Of a stretch of DNA of 64,000 bases, positions 56,597 through 64,000 are shown in pieces. Under the pieces are notes generated by a model. It worked only from the letters and a program-made list of their open reading frames with translations, ran no database searches and had not been told where the DNA came from. Each line of letters begins with the position of its first letter. Positions within the stretch are counted from its first letter, which is position 1. The stretch lies in the NCBI GenBank assembly GCA_964513515.1, contig CAZEMP010000003.1:40927-104926 (forward strand), given 5' to 3'. A program made the position numbers and the translations under genes. The stretch comes from an uncultured Candidatus Saccharibacteria bacterium. GTDB taxonomy: Bacteria; Patescibacteriota; Minisyncoccia; Phycocordibacterales; GWA1-40-21.

Positions 56597-58003
56597 ATGC
56601 GTAAGATAGTAAGAAAGGTTGCGCCTTTTGATAGATTTGATCATAAGAAGTCTAGAAAGCCAGCAAGTCATAGAAGTGATAGTAGAAGTGAAGTAAAAAC
56701 TCACGGTAGTTTTAGTAATGCGGGTTCTAGTACAAGATCTGCACATTCCGGAAGCTCATCTTTTGGAAGTCAAAGTGGTCCTAGAAGACCAGCGTTCGGT
56801 GGAGGTAATAGATTTGGAGGAGATAGAAGACCTTCATTTGCAGGTAGATCTCGTTTTGGTGGAAGAGGTGGATTTTCAAATTCACGTAGAAGTAACAAGG
56901 GTTCAGATATTCATTTTTCAAAATTTATAAATAAGGCAATAATCACAGAAGAGACAACTAAGTTTGTGCCGGACCATCTTTTTAAAGATTTTAATATTGA
57001 TGATAGATTGAAAGCAAATATTTTTGCAAAAGGTTACAACGAACCAACCCCTATTCAAGATAAAATAATTCCACATGTTTTGCGTGGATCTGATGTTGTG
57101 GGTATTGCAAATACAGGAACTGGTAAAACAGCAGCCTTCCTCATACCTCTTATTCAGAAGGTTTTGATGAATCCTAAAGAAGAAATACTTATTGTTGTTC
57201 CAACAAGAGAGCTTGCTCAGCAAATAGAAGCCGAACTCAAAGGTTTTACTGAAGGTATGAAAATATTTTCTGTATGCTGTGTTGGAGGTGCACCAATCGG
57301 AAGACAATTATCTATGCTTAGATACTGGAACAATTTTATAATTGGTACACCAGGAAGATTGAAAGATTTGGTAAATAGAAAAGCACTCAATCTTAGACCG
57401 TTTTCTACCATAGTACTTGATGAGGCAGATAGAATGCTTGATATGGGATTCATCGCAGATATGAAGCTGATCATGTCTCAAATGTCAGCGAAGAGACATA
57501 CACTATTCTTCTCAGCTACTGTTTCTCGCGAAGTTGAGAAATTAATTCAAGATTTTTTGAAAGAGCCAGTTACTGTATCTGTAAAAACAGGAGATACTTC
57601 AAAATCTGTTGATCAGGACGTTGTGAGAACAAATGGAAAAGAAAAAATAGATGTTTTACATGAACTTTTGAATAATCCAGAGTTAAGCAAGGTGCTTATT
57701 TTCGGAAGAACAAAACATGGAGTAGAAAGATTATCCAGAACTTTAGAGGATAGAGGTTTTAAAGCCGATTCTATTCATGGAGATAAGAATCAAGGTGCAA
57801 GACAAAGAGCTCTTGGAAAGTTTAAAGATGATCATATTCAAATACTTGTTGCTACAGACGTAGCCGCTCGTGGTCTTGATATACCAGATGTAACTCACGT
57901 TATAAACTATGACATTCCTGCTACTTATGAAGACTATGTTCACAGAATAGGTAGAACAGGTCGTGCAAATAAGAAAGGAAAGGCTTTAACTTTCATTGGC
58001 TAA
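56597..58003 (+). CDS. DEAD-box ATP-dependent RNA helicase with N-terminal R/S/G-rich disordered region
   Basis: Q motif, AQTGTGKT-like (ANTGTGKT), VLDEADRMLDMGF, SAT, HRIGRTGRA motifs. Confidence 0.9.
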   Translation: MRKIVRKVAPFDRFDHKKSRKPASHRSDSRSEVKTHGSFSNAGSSTRSAHSGSSSFGSQSGPRRPAFGGGNRFGGDRRPSFAGRSRFGGRGGFSNSRRSNKGSDIHFSKFINKAIITEETTKFVPDHLFKDFNIDDRLKANIFAKGYNEPTPIQDKIIPHVLRGSDVVGIANTGTGKTAAFLIPLIQKVLMNPKEEILIVVPTRELAQQIEAELKGFTEGMKIFSVCCVGGAPIGRQLSMLRYWNNFIIGTPGRLKDLVNRKALNLRPFSTIVLDEADRMLDMGFIADMKLIMSQMSAKRHTLFFSATVSREVEKLIQDFLKEPVTVSVKTGDTSKSVDQDVVRTNGKEKIDVLHELLNNPELSKVLIFGRTKHGVERLSRTLEDRGFKADSIHGDKNQGARQRALGKFKDDHIQILVATDVAARGLDIPDVTHVINYDIPATYEDYVHRIGRTGRANKKGKALTFIG

Positions 58004-58093
58004 AAGCTAGTTTTTATCGACTTGCCTAATATAATATAAGTTTGTACAATTATAGACGTATAAAGGTCGTTTTAATTATTTAATTAAAAAACA

Positions 58094-58306
58094 ATGACAA
58101 AACTTAATTGGTTAGATTGGACAGCACTTGTCCTTGTAACTGTTGGAGGTTTGAATTGGGGACTAGAAGCTTTGAATTGGAACTTGGTTGATGCACTTTT
58201 TGGTGCTGAATCAATGCTTTCAACAGCTGTTTACGCTCTTGTAGGGCTATCAGCTCTATACATGATATATTTGTCAAAGAGACTTATGTCAGATTCATCA
58301 ATGTAA
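58094..58306 (+). CDS. DUF378-family small membrane protein
   Basis: GGLNWGLEALNWNLVDALFG matches DUF378 pattern. Confidence 0.6.
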   Translation: MTKLNWLDWTALVLVTVGGLNWGLEALNWNLVDALFGAESMLSTAVYALVGLSALYMIYLSKRLMSDSSM

Positions 58307-58325
58307 TTTCATTGAGATCTAAAAC

Positions 58326-58364
58326 AAAAAACTATTTACCAACGGTAAGTAGTTTTTTGTTTTG
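58326..58364 (+). terminator. rho-independent terminator
   Basis: aaaaactatttacc-aacg-gtaagtagtttttt. Confidence 0.65.
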
Positions 58365-58399
58365 AACTTGGTAAGATGTATGAATTACATAAAGTTGAA

Positions 58400-58476
58400 T
58401 GTCTTTGCGAGTATAACGAAGCAATCCAGGCTAATTAAACCTTACTCTGGATTGCCACGCTACGCTCGCAAAGACG
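58400..58476. repeat. imperfect inverted-repeat element (copy C)
   Basis: tgtctttgcgagtataacgaagcaatccagg ... ctggattgccacgctacgctcgcaaagacg. Confidence 0.7.
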
Positions 58477-58497
58477 TAATATAAAAAACGTAAACAG

Positions 58498-59268
58498 ATG
58501 AAAAATTTTATTTCTGAAATAACAGCAGAAGATTTAAAGAAGGAATTAGGTTTTTTTGCTGATTTTGAAAAAGCAAATATTTTACAAAGATTTTTCAAAA
58601 CCGGAAAAGATCAATATGGAGAAGGAGATATTTTTTTGGGTATAGTTGTACCAAATACAAGGAAAGTTGCTAGAAAGTTTACAGGATTATCCTTAGGGGA
58701 AATTAAGAAACTTCTATATTCAAAAATACACGAAGAGAGACTTTGTGCTTTATTAATACTAGTTGATAAGTTCACTATAGTGAACTTGAGAGAACAAAAA
58801 AAGATTTTTGATTTTTATATAAAAAATGCCAAACAAGTAAATAATTGGGACCTTGTTGATCTTTCAGCACCAAAGATAGTTGGGGATTATTTACTCAATA
58901 AGCCTAAAAATCCCATTAGAACTAACGCGGCAAGCACTACTTCTAACGGGACAGGTATTTTATATAAGCTTGCAAAGTCTAAAAATCTTTGGGAGAAAAG
59001 AATTTCTATAATATCTACACTGACTTTTATTAAAAACGGTAAATATAAAGATACTTTAAAAATTGCAGAAATTTTAATGCTAGATAAACATGATTTAATA
59101 CATAAAGCGGTTGGGTGGATGTTGCGAGAAGTGGGGAAGAAGTCATTAAAAGATGAAGAACTTTTTCTTAAAAAATATTACAAAAAAATGCCAAGAACTA
59201 TGCTTCGTTATGCAATAGAAAGATTTTCTGAAGATAAGAGGCTACAATATTTAAAAAATCATATTTAA
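58498..59268 (+). CDS. DNA alkylation repair protein (AlkC/AlkD-like HEAT-repeat glycosylase family)
   Basis: NNWDLVDLSAPKIVG and HKAVGWMLREVGKK motifs typical of DNA_alkylation family. Confidence 0.65.
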   Translation: MKNFISEITAEDLKKELGFFADFEKANILQRFFKTGKDQYGEGDIFLGIVVPNTRKVARKFTGLSLGEIKKLLYSKIHEERLCALLILVDKFTIVNLREQKKIFDFYIKNAKQVNNWDLVDLSAPKIVGDYLLNKPKNPIRTNAASTTSNGTGILYKLAKSKNLWEKRISIISTLTFIKNGKYKDTLKIAEILMLDKHDLIHKAVGWMLREVGKKSLKDEELFLKKYYKKMPRTMLRYAIERFSEDKRLQYLKNHI

Positions 59269-59280
59269 TGAAAATAAGAA

Positions 59281-59307
59281 GGGCCCCACACACGTGTGTG
59301 GGGCCCC
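59281..59307. terminator. perfect GC palindrome hairpin
   Basis: gggccccacacac-gtgtgtggggccc. Confidence 0.6.
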
Positions 59308-59431
59308 GCAAGCAAAAGAGAGGCTAGGTTCTTATTCTGTCTCAAGCCGTCACATAGTGACGGGAGAGCCAATTACCCCTTTATGGAACAACTGTGTTCC
59401 AACCTATTCTTTGCTTGCTGTGCGAATGAAC

Positions 59432-59695
59432 TTACTTCTTTTGCTTCTTGAGCTCCGCGAGCTTCGCCTCGATCATCGCGAAGTGCTCCTGCGTGAGCTC
59501 CTTCATGATTTCGAGATAGATCTCGAGGATCTCGATCTTGTTTAGGGGAGAACTCAACTTGTGTCTGTCGTTGAACCCTTTCTCCTCCTGACCCAAGCCA
59601 CGGAGTAGGTCGTTGCGATCGAAATGCAGACCTTTGTCCCTCAGCTTGTCTTTGATGAACGCACGATACAGCTCATTTTGTCTTGCCGGGTCCAT
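59432..59695 (-). CDS. hypothetical 87-aa helical protein in GC-elevated patch (SD-dependent)
   Basis: AAGGAGG SD 4-5 nt upstream of ATG (MDPARQNELYRAF...); ORF-track start 59788 extends into AT-rich DNA; patch GC about 52%. Confidence 0.45.
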   Translation of the reverse strand: MDPARQNELYRAFIKDKLRDKGLHFDRNDLLRGLGQEEKGFNDRHKLSSPLNKIEILEIYLEIMKELTQEHFAMIEAKLAELKKQKK

Positions 59696-59810
59696 GAACC
59701 CTCCTTGCAACACAGAGTATGGTATTTTTACGAAACACCACATTCTGTTCCAAACTGAATTATACCACTTATTATAATAAGTGGTCAATAGAAATAAAAA
59801 TCCCTATTAA

Positions 59811-62288
59811 TTAAGAAACTTTAGTCGATAGAGTATTATTATCAATAGAAAAACTTATAACTTTTCCAGGAACAGCCTCACCTTTAAGAATTAGATTTGC
59901 AATATTGCCCTCTACAGAATCTTGAATAAATCTATTCATTGGTCTTGCACCGAAGGCTTTGTTTGATCCATTTTTTACAATATATTCTATGAGCTCATCT
60001 GATATTTTTAGTGCTAGTCCTTTTTCTGTCATTCTTGCAGCAACTTTTGCTAGCATTATTTTTGCAATTTGCTTCAAGTCCTCATTTTCCAGTGGTCTAA
60101 ATATAATTGTTGAATCAAAGCGGTTTATAAGCTCTGGTTTGAATAATCCTTTTCCAATTATTTCTGCCAAAATCTCTTCCATTGAATCTTTTGGATTTTT
60201 ACCAGCATTTACCATAGAAAATATTGTATCTGCAGCTGCGTTTGAAGTGGCTATAAACATAATATTTCTTGTATTTATTTTTTGCCCAGTCATATCAGAG
60301 AAAAATCCTTCATCAAGTATTTGTAAGAACAAATTCAAAACATCTTTATTTGTTTTTTCAAATTCATCCAAAAGTATCACACCGTATTGTTTTTCACGTA
60401 TCATGTTTGAAAGGACACCAGGTTTGCCAGAAGTAAAAGAACCGATAAGTTTGTCCATTGCATCATCAGATTGGTATTCAGACATATCGAGTCTCATCAT
60501 ATTATCTTCGCTTCCAAAAAATACATAAGCCAAAGCCTTTGCAGTTTCTGTTTTACCTACACCAGTAGGACCGAGGAACAAGTAGGAGCCAATAGGTTTG
60601 TTTGGATTTCTCACCCCTGTTCTTGCTCTTCTTAGAGAACCACTTAATGCGACCAATGCATCTTTCTGCCCCACAACTCTCTTACTCAATAGTTTTTCAA
60701 GGTTTTGTAGTTTTTCTTTTTCCTTCGGGGCAATTTTGCCGCTTGTAGGGATACTAGTTTTTTGTTCTATGTATTCAAGTACCTCATTTTTTCCAATCAA
60801 ATTATAATGATTTCTTTTTGCCCAAGGACAAATTTCATTCAATAAATCCATAGCTTTGTCTGAAGTCACACCATTAGAAAAGTAATAGCTAGCACTATTT
60901 GCAAGTTCTTTTATGGCTTGATATGTAAAAAATATTTCATAATCATTTTCAGAATCCAATGCCGCGGAATATATTATCTGTGTTATTTCTTCATTGTTTA
61001 ACGGTCGCACTTGTACAACCTCAAAATCGTTCATAAGTACTTTGTCTGTCTCAAAATGTTGATGAAAATCAGATATGTTTACAAGGGCAACTACCTGTAT
61101 ACCAGAATGGGAAATGAAAGGTTCGATAAGATTTGTAAAATTACCACCAAGACTTTCTGCGTGTTTAAATAGCTCTGTAAAATTGTCTATTATTAAAATA
61201 ATATTTCCAGCATTTGCTACCTCAATAAATATTTTACTAATCTGGTTCTCTAGTGAACTCTTATCTTTACATGCAGCAATGATTAAGTTTGATATTAAAA
61301 GTATAGGTTTTTTATTCTGAAGTGCAGAAGCTACATTTTTGTTTTTTATATTTCTACAAAGACTCCAAATAACCTGCATCTTTTCTTGTCCGGGCTCACC
61401 AACAAGCATTGCATTTGAACCGATAGATTTGGATAGGGCATTTTCTATTTGGCCGATCTCTGCTTCTCTCGTCGTAAAGGACATTGCAAGAGAGGTAACT
61501 TCAATATCGCCCAAAAGTTTTCTGCTATATTTATCTAACAAAAATGTTTGCCCAAAGGACCAGTCATCTGCCAGATTTTTTATTCTAGCTAAAGCTTCTG
61601 GTCTCCACCACTCAGAGTTATACTCTCTTGTTTCAATCTCATATATGACCCAATCTATTGCTCCCAAGAACTCTTTATCTGTTATACCTCTATCATTCAA
61701 AAACTTTGTAAAATCTTTTTTTATTGAGTATAAATATTTCGCAATATCCTTTATTTTCAGGATCACATCTTCTGCTTTTGGGATTTCTTCTCCAGAAATT
61801 ATTTTTTGCGACTTATAAAAGGACTTAATGTCTTTGTTGTTTATACCAAGTCTTAACAATATTTTTTTGCCAATATTTGAATCTAGAAAACCGTGTAATA
61901 TATCTTTGTTTCTACTTGCATAAAGTATTCTTCCTGCAGAAAATGTAAAAAGATCATCTTTCCTATAGTTATTTTTTGTTACTTTTTCAAAATAGTATGT
62001 AGAGGAGAAATAAAACCCAACTAATTGTGAATATATGTAAATGCCAAAATTTAAAATTATGACACCCACAGCTCTGCTCACTAAGTCATAATTGTCTACA
62101 AAATTCTTAAACCCAGTCAGTAAAGGAAGATTTTTTGTAAAATAGAAAAAAAGTAATACAAAAAATAGTACAGATATTATAGTTTTTGATATTTTTGAAA
62201 GTCTTTCTCTAAAGTCTACCGATACTAAAGATTCAGTTGCAAGGACATTGTATATAGAACTTTGTTTTAAATATTCATTAATGCTCAT
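59811..62288 (-). CDS. membrane-anchored Clp/Hsp100-family AAA+ ATPase with degenerate D1 and intact D2
   Basis: N-terminal TM helices; D1 Walker A degenerate (GEPGQEKM); D2 GPTGVGKTETAKALA, ILLDEFEKT, sensor-2 GARPMNR. Confidence 0.7.
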   Translation of the reverse strand: MSINEYLKQSSIYNVLATESLVSVDFRERLSKISKTIISVLFFVLLFFYFTKNLPLLTGFKNFVDNYDLVSRAVGVIILNFGIYIYSQLVGFYFSSTYYFEKVTKNNYRKDDLFTFSAGRILYASRNKDILHGFLDSNIGKKILLRLGINNKDIKSFYKSQKIISGEEIPKAEDVILKIKDIAKYLYSIKKDFTKFLNDRGITDKEFLGAIDWVIYEIETREYNSEWWRPEALARIKNLADDWSFGQTFLLDKYSRKLLGDIEVTSLAMSFTTREAEIGQIENALSKSIGSNAMLVGEPGQEKMQVIWSLCRNIKNKNVASALQNKKPILLISNLIIAACKDKSSLENQISKIFIEVANAGNIILIIDNFTELFKHAESLGGNFTNLIEPFISHSGIQVVALVNISDFHQHFETDKVLMNDFEVVQVRPLNNEEITQIIYSAALDSENDYEIFFTYQAIKELANSASYYFSNGVTSDKAMDLLNEICPWAKRNHYNLIGKNEVLEYIEQKTSIPTSGKIAPKEKEKLQNLEKLLSKRVVGQKDALVALSGSLRRARTGVRNPNKPIGSYLFLGPTGVGKTETAKALAYVFFGSEDNMMRLDMSEYQSDDAMDKLIGSFTSGKPGVLSNMIREKQYGVILLDEFEKTNKDVLNLFLQILDEGFFSDMTGQKINTRNIMFIATSNAAADTIFSMVNAGKNPKDSMEEILAEIIGKGLFKPELINRFDSTIIFRPLENEDLKQIAKIMLAKVAARMTEKGLALKISDELIEYIVKNGSNKAFGARPMNRFIQDSVEGNIANLILKGEAVPGKVISFSIDNNTLSTKVS

Positions 62289-62297
62289 ATGTTTTAT

Positions 62298-62690
62298 TTA
62301 AGAAAAAATTATCAATACTATACCGTAAATAACAAGAAACAATATAAAAAGTGGTAATAATAACCAAACTATCAAAGAAATTGGTAATAGTACTATGTAG
62401 GCTATACAAAAAAGTAGACCCACAATTATTACCACAGATCTTAAAAGTACACCCACGATCCTCATGAGGGTATTTGAAATAAATGTAAACAAATATATCT
62501 TAATGTTGAAACTTTCTGGATAATTGTCGGCCAATCTCTTCCATGGAGTGAAAAAGTTTCCTAAAAGGCTTCTAATTGAGAAAAAATTAAATAAAAATAC
62601 CAAAATATTTTTCCAAAAAGAAAAAGTAGTTATAAGTGCTCGGCCATAATGCCATTTTAAATAGCCAACAAAAGCTTTTAAAAATTCCAT
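62298..62690 (-). CDS. hypothetical polytopic small membrane protein
   Basis: 130 aa, about 4 TM helices. Confidence 0.35.
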   Translation of the reverse strand: MEFLKAFVGYLKWHYGRALITTFSFWKNILVFLFNFFSIRSLLGNFFTPWKRLADNYPESFNIKIYLFTFISNTLMRIVGVLLRSVVIIVGLLFCIAYIVLLPISLIVWLLLPLFILFLVIYGIVLIIFS

Positions 62691-62708
62691 ACCTAAATTG
62701 TAACATTA

Positions 62709-62785
62709 TGTGTCATTCCCGTGAAGACGGGAATCTAGGTTGTGTTGAATTAATTCTGGTTTCCCACCTGCGCGAGAATGACACA
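62709..62785. repeat. imperfect inverted-repeat element (copy D)
   Basis: tgtgtcattcccgtgaagacgggaatctagg ... ctggtttcccacctgcgcgagaatgacaca. Confidence 0.7.
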
Positions 62786-62830
62786 GGAAGTTTATAGTGT
62801 GTTTTATATTTGTATTATATAATATAAAGT

Positions 62831-63910
62831 ATGATTTTTTTGCATAGAAATTATAAAAAGGTATTAGTTGTAGGCCTTTTTCTATCATTATCTGTTTTTT
62901 CTAATGTAGCAAAAGCTAATACTATTACTGATGATTTTTCATATTTTTTCAATTTTATTAATAAAAATATTATCGGTCAGGTAAAAAAAGATTTTTGCAG
63001 AAACTATATCTTATCTGTTTCAAGCGGGGAGTGGAAAGAGAGTGAATTTAGAACAAAACTTGGAAAAAGGGTCTGTACTTCTTATAGTGTCCCAAGTGGA
63101 ACTTCTGGAAAAATAAATCAATTACCAGTACAGCCCATAAACGGCAATACATCGGTATCTAAAGCCGAAAGTTTGAGTACTTCATCGATAAATAATCCTA
63201 CGCCAGATGTTTATGCTCCAAATTTAAATGTAGTCAGTTCCGATCTTGATGGTAGTAAGATTTTATATCTAACTAATATAGAAAGAAAAAATAATGATCC
63301 TAGTCTTGTTAATTTAAAAGAAAATAGTCTTTTAAAAAAGATTGCCGCTATAAGAGTTAAGGATATGTTTGATTATCAATATTTTGAACACAATTCTCCA
63401 ACAGGGGACAATGCTTCGAAGGAAGCGGAAAAGAATGGTTACACTTATATAACTATTGGTGAAAATATAGCTCTGGGTAACTTTGAAGGACCTTCCGGTC
63501 TCGTGAAGGCTTGGATGGATAGTCCAGGACATAGGGCAAATATTTTAAATAAAAATTATACAGAAATAGGTGTATATCAAATGAAAGGTATATATAATGG
63601 TCAAAGTGTTTGGATAGCAGCACAGATTTTTGGTAAACCAATTGCGGGATGTATAGCACCAGACCCACTCTTAAGAGATAAGATTAATAAATATAAAATT
63701 TCAGCCGATAGTATGTTTGCAAGTATATCTTCTATAGAAACACAATTAAAGGTGCTCGCATCTTCTGATGTTCAAGCTTACAATATAAAAGTTGCAGAAT
63801 TAAATACTTTGGCTGGTTTATATAATAATCTTGCTTCAGAAATAAAAATATTGGTAGCACAATACAATAATCAAGTCTCAATATATAATTCTTGTATTAA
63901 AACTATATAG
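62831..63910 (+). CDS. secreted CAP/SCP/PR-1-domain protein (YkwD-like)
   Basis: Signal peptide; GENIALGNFEGPSGLVKAWMDSPGHRANIL CAP motif; TATAAT 6 nt upstream of ATG suggests leaderless mRNA. Confidence 0.7.
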   Translation: MIFLHRNYKKVLVVGLFLSLSVFSNVAKANTITDDFSYFFNFINKNIIGQVKKDFCRNYILSVSSGEWKESEFRTKLGKRVCTSYSVPSGTSGKINQLPVQPINGNTSVSKAESLSTSSINNPTPDVYAPNLNVVSSDLDGSKILYLTNIERKNNDPSLVNLKENSLLKKIAAIRVKDMFDYQYFEHNSPTGDNASKEAEKNGYTYITIGENIALGNFEGPSGLVKAWMDSPGHRANILNKNYTEIGVYQMKGIYNGQSVWIAAQIFGKPIAGCIAPDPLLRDKINKYKISADSMFASISSIETQLKVLASSDVQAYNIKVAELNTLAGLYNNLASEIKILVAQYNNQVSIYNSCIKTI

Positions 63911-64000
63911 AAATAGGGGTTTTGACGATAAAACAAATATATGTTACTCTGCATCTAGACGGGAGTGTGCTGGCATTACCCGGCAGTCAAGTGCATCCCG

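Noticed and set aside
56061-56746. ORFs 56061-56348 (+) and 56360-56746 (-) around the island terminator and DEAD-box upstream region
   Set aside because: They span a terminator hairpin or repeat copy B and AT-rich intergenic DNA without start-site context. The first is a continuation of a wrong frame of the ParB-like gene.
1-64000. UGA or other stop-codon reassignment
   Set aside because: All conserved genes read full length under the standard code and terminate mostly with TAA. No in-frame TGA-interrupted homologs were seen.
1-64000. CRISPR arrays, cas genes, rRNA operons, transposases/integrases
   Set aside because: No regularly spaced direct repeats with unique spacers were seen. No transposase, integrase or Cas-like ORFs and no rRNA-like GC-rich long noncoding stretches were found, apart from the truncated GC-rich start at the window end.

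Overview
This is a low-GC (~30-33%) bacterial chromosome fragment with compact housekeeping genes. The gene set includes rpe, fba, rplY, rpmE, prfA, rpsB-tsf, tRNA-Thr, pheST, gyrB, thrS, dnaE, rnhB, rpmF, a nusB-Nudix fusion, rnc, a short SMC-like ATPase, rnr, rpsP-KH-trmD, a Pif1-family helicase, xfp-ackA, an ABC-F ATPase, a DEAD-box helicase and a Clp-like ATPase. Several aaRS are shortened, the phosphoketolase/acetate-kinase pair is present, a sortase sits next to large surface proteins, and native genes largely lack Shine-Dalgarno sequences. Together these suggest a CPR/Patescibacteria-like or similarly reduced organism, but that is inference. Standard genetic code is used, and no CRISPR array or rRNA is seen. 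The most unusual content is four or five short GC-elevated patches (45-63% GC) embedded in the AT-rich backbone: 32.53-32.98 kb, 40.53-40.88 kb, 54.19-56.29 kb, 59.28-59.72 kb and perhaps 52.42-52.64 kb. Each carries one to three ORFs with strong AGGAGG-type SDs and GC-rich hairpin terminators. The largest encodes an XRE-type HTH protein, a small coupled ORF and a ParB-like nuclease/HTH protein, behind an AT-rich TTGACA-16-TAGAAT promoter and a TAATCCC-n5-GGGATTA operator-like palindrome. Other notable features are a family of ~70-80 bp imperfect inverted-repeat (MITE/REP-like) elements (5 full copies and 1 solo arm) and an ~80 bp direct duplication flanking a DKNYY-repeat membrane-protein gene. 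There are also CTAG-heptad iteron-like arrays, a tandem cluster of three paralogous acidic proteins, an unannotated Cys-rich 56-aa ORF, and a membrane-anchored Clp-like ATPase with a degenerate D1.
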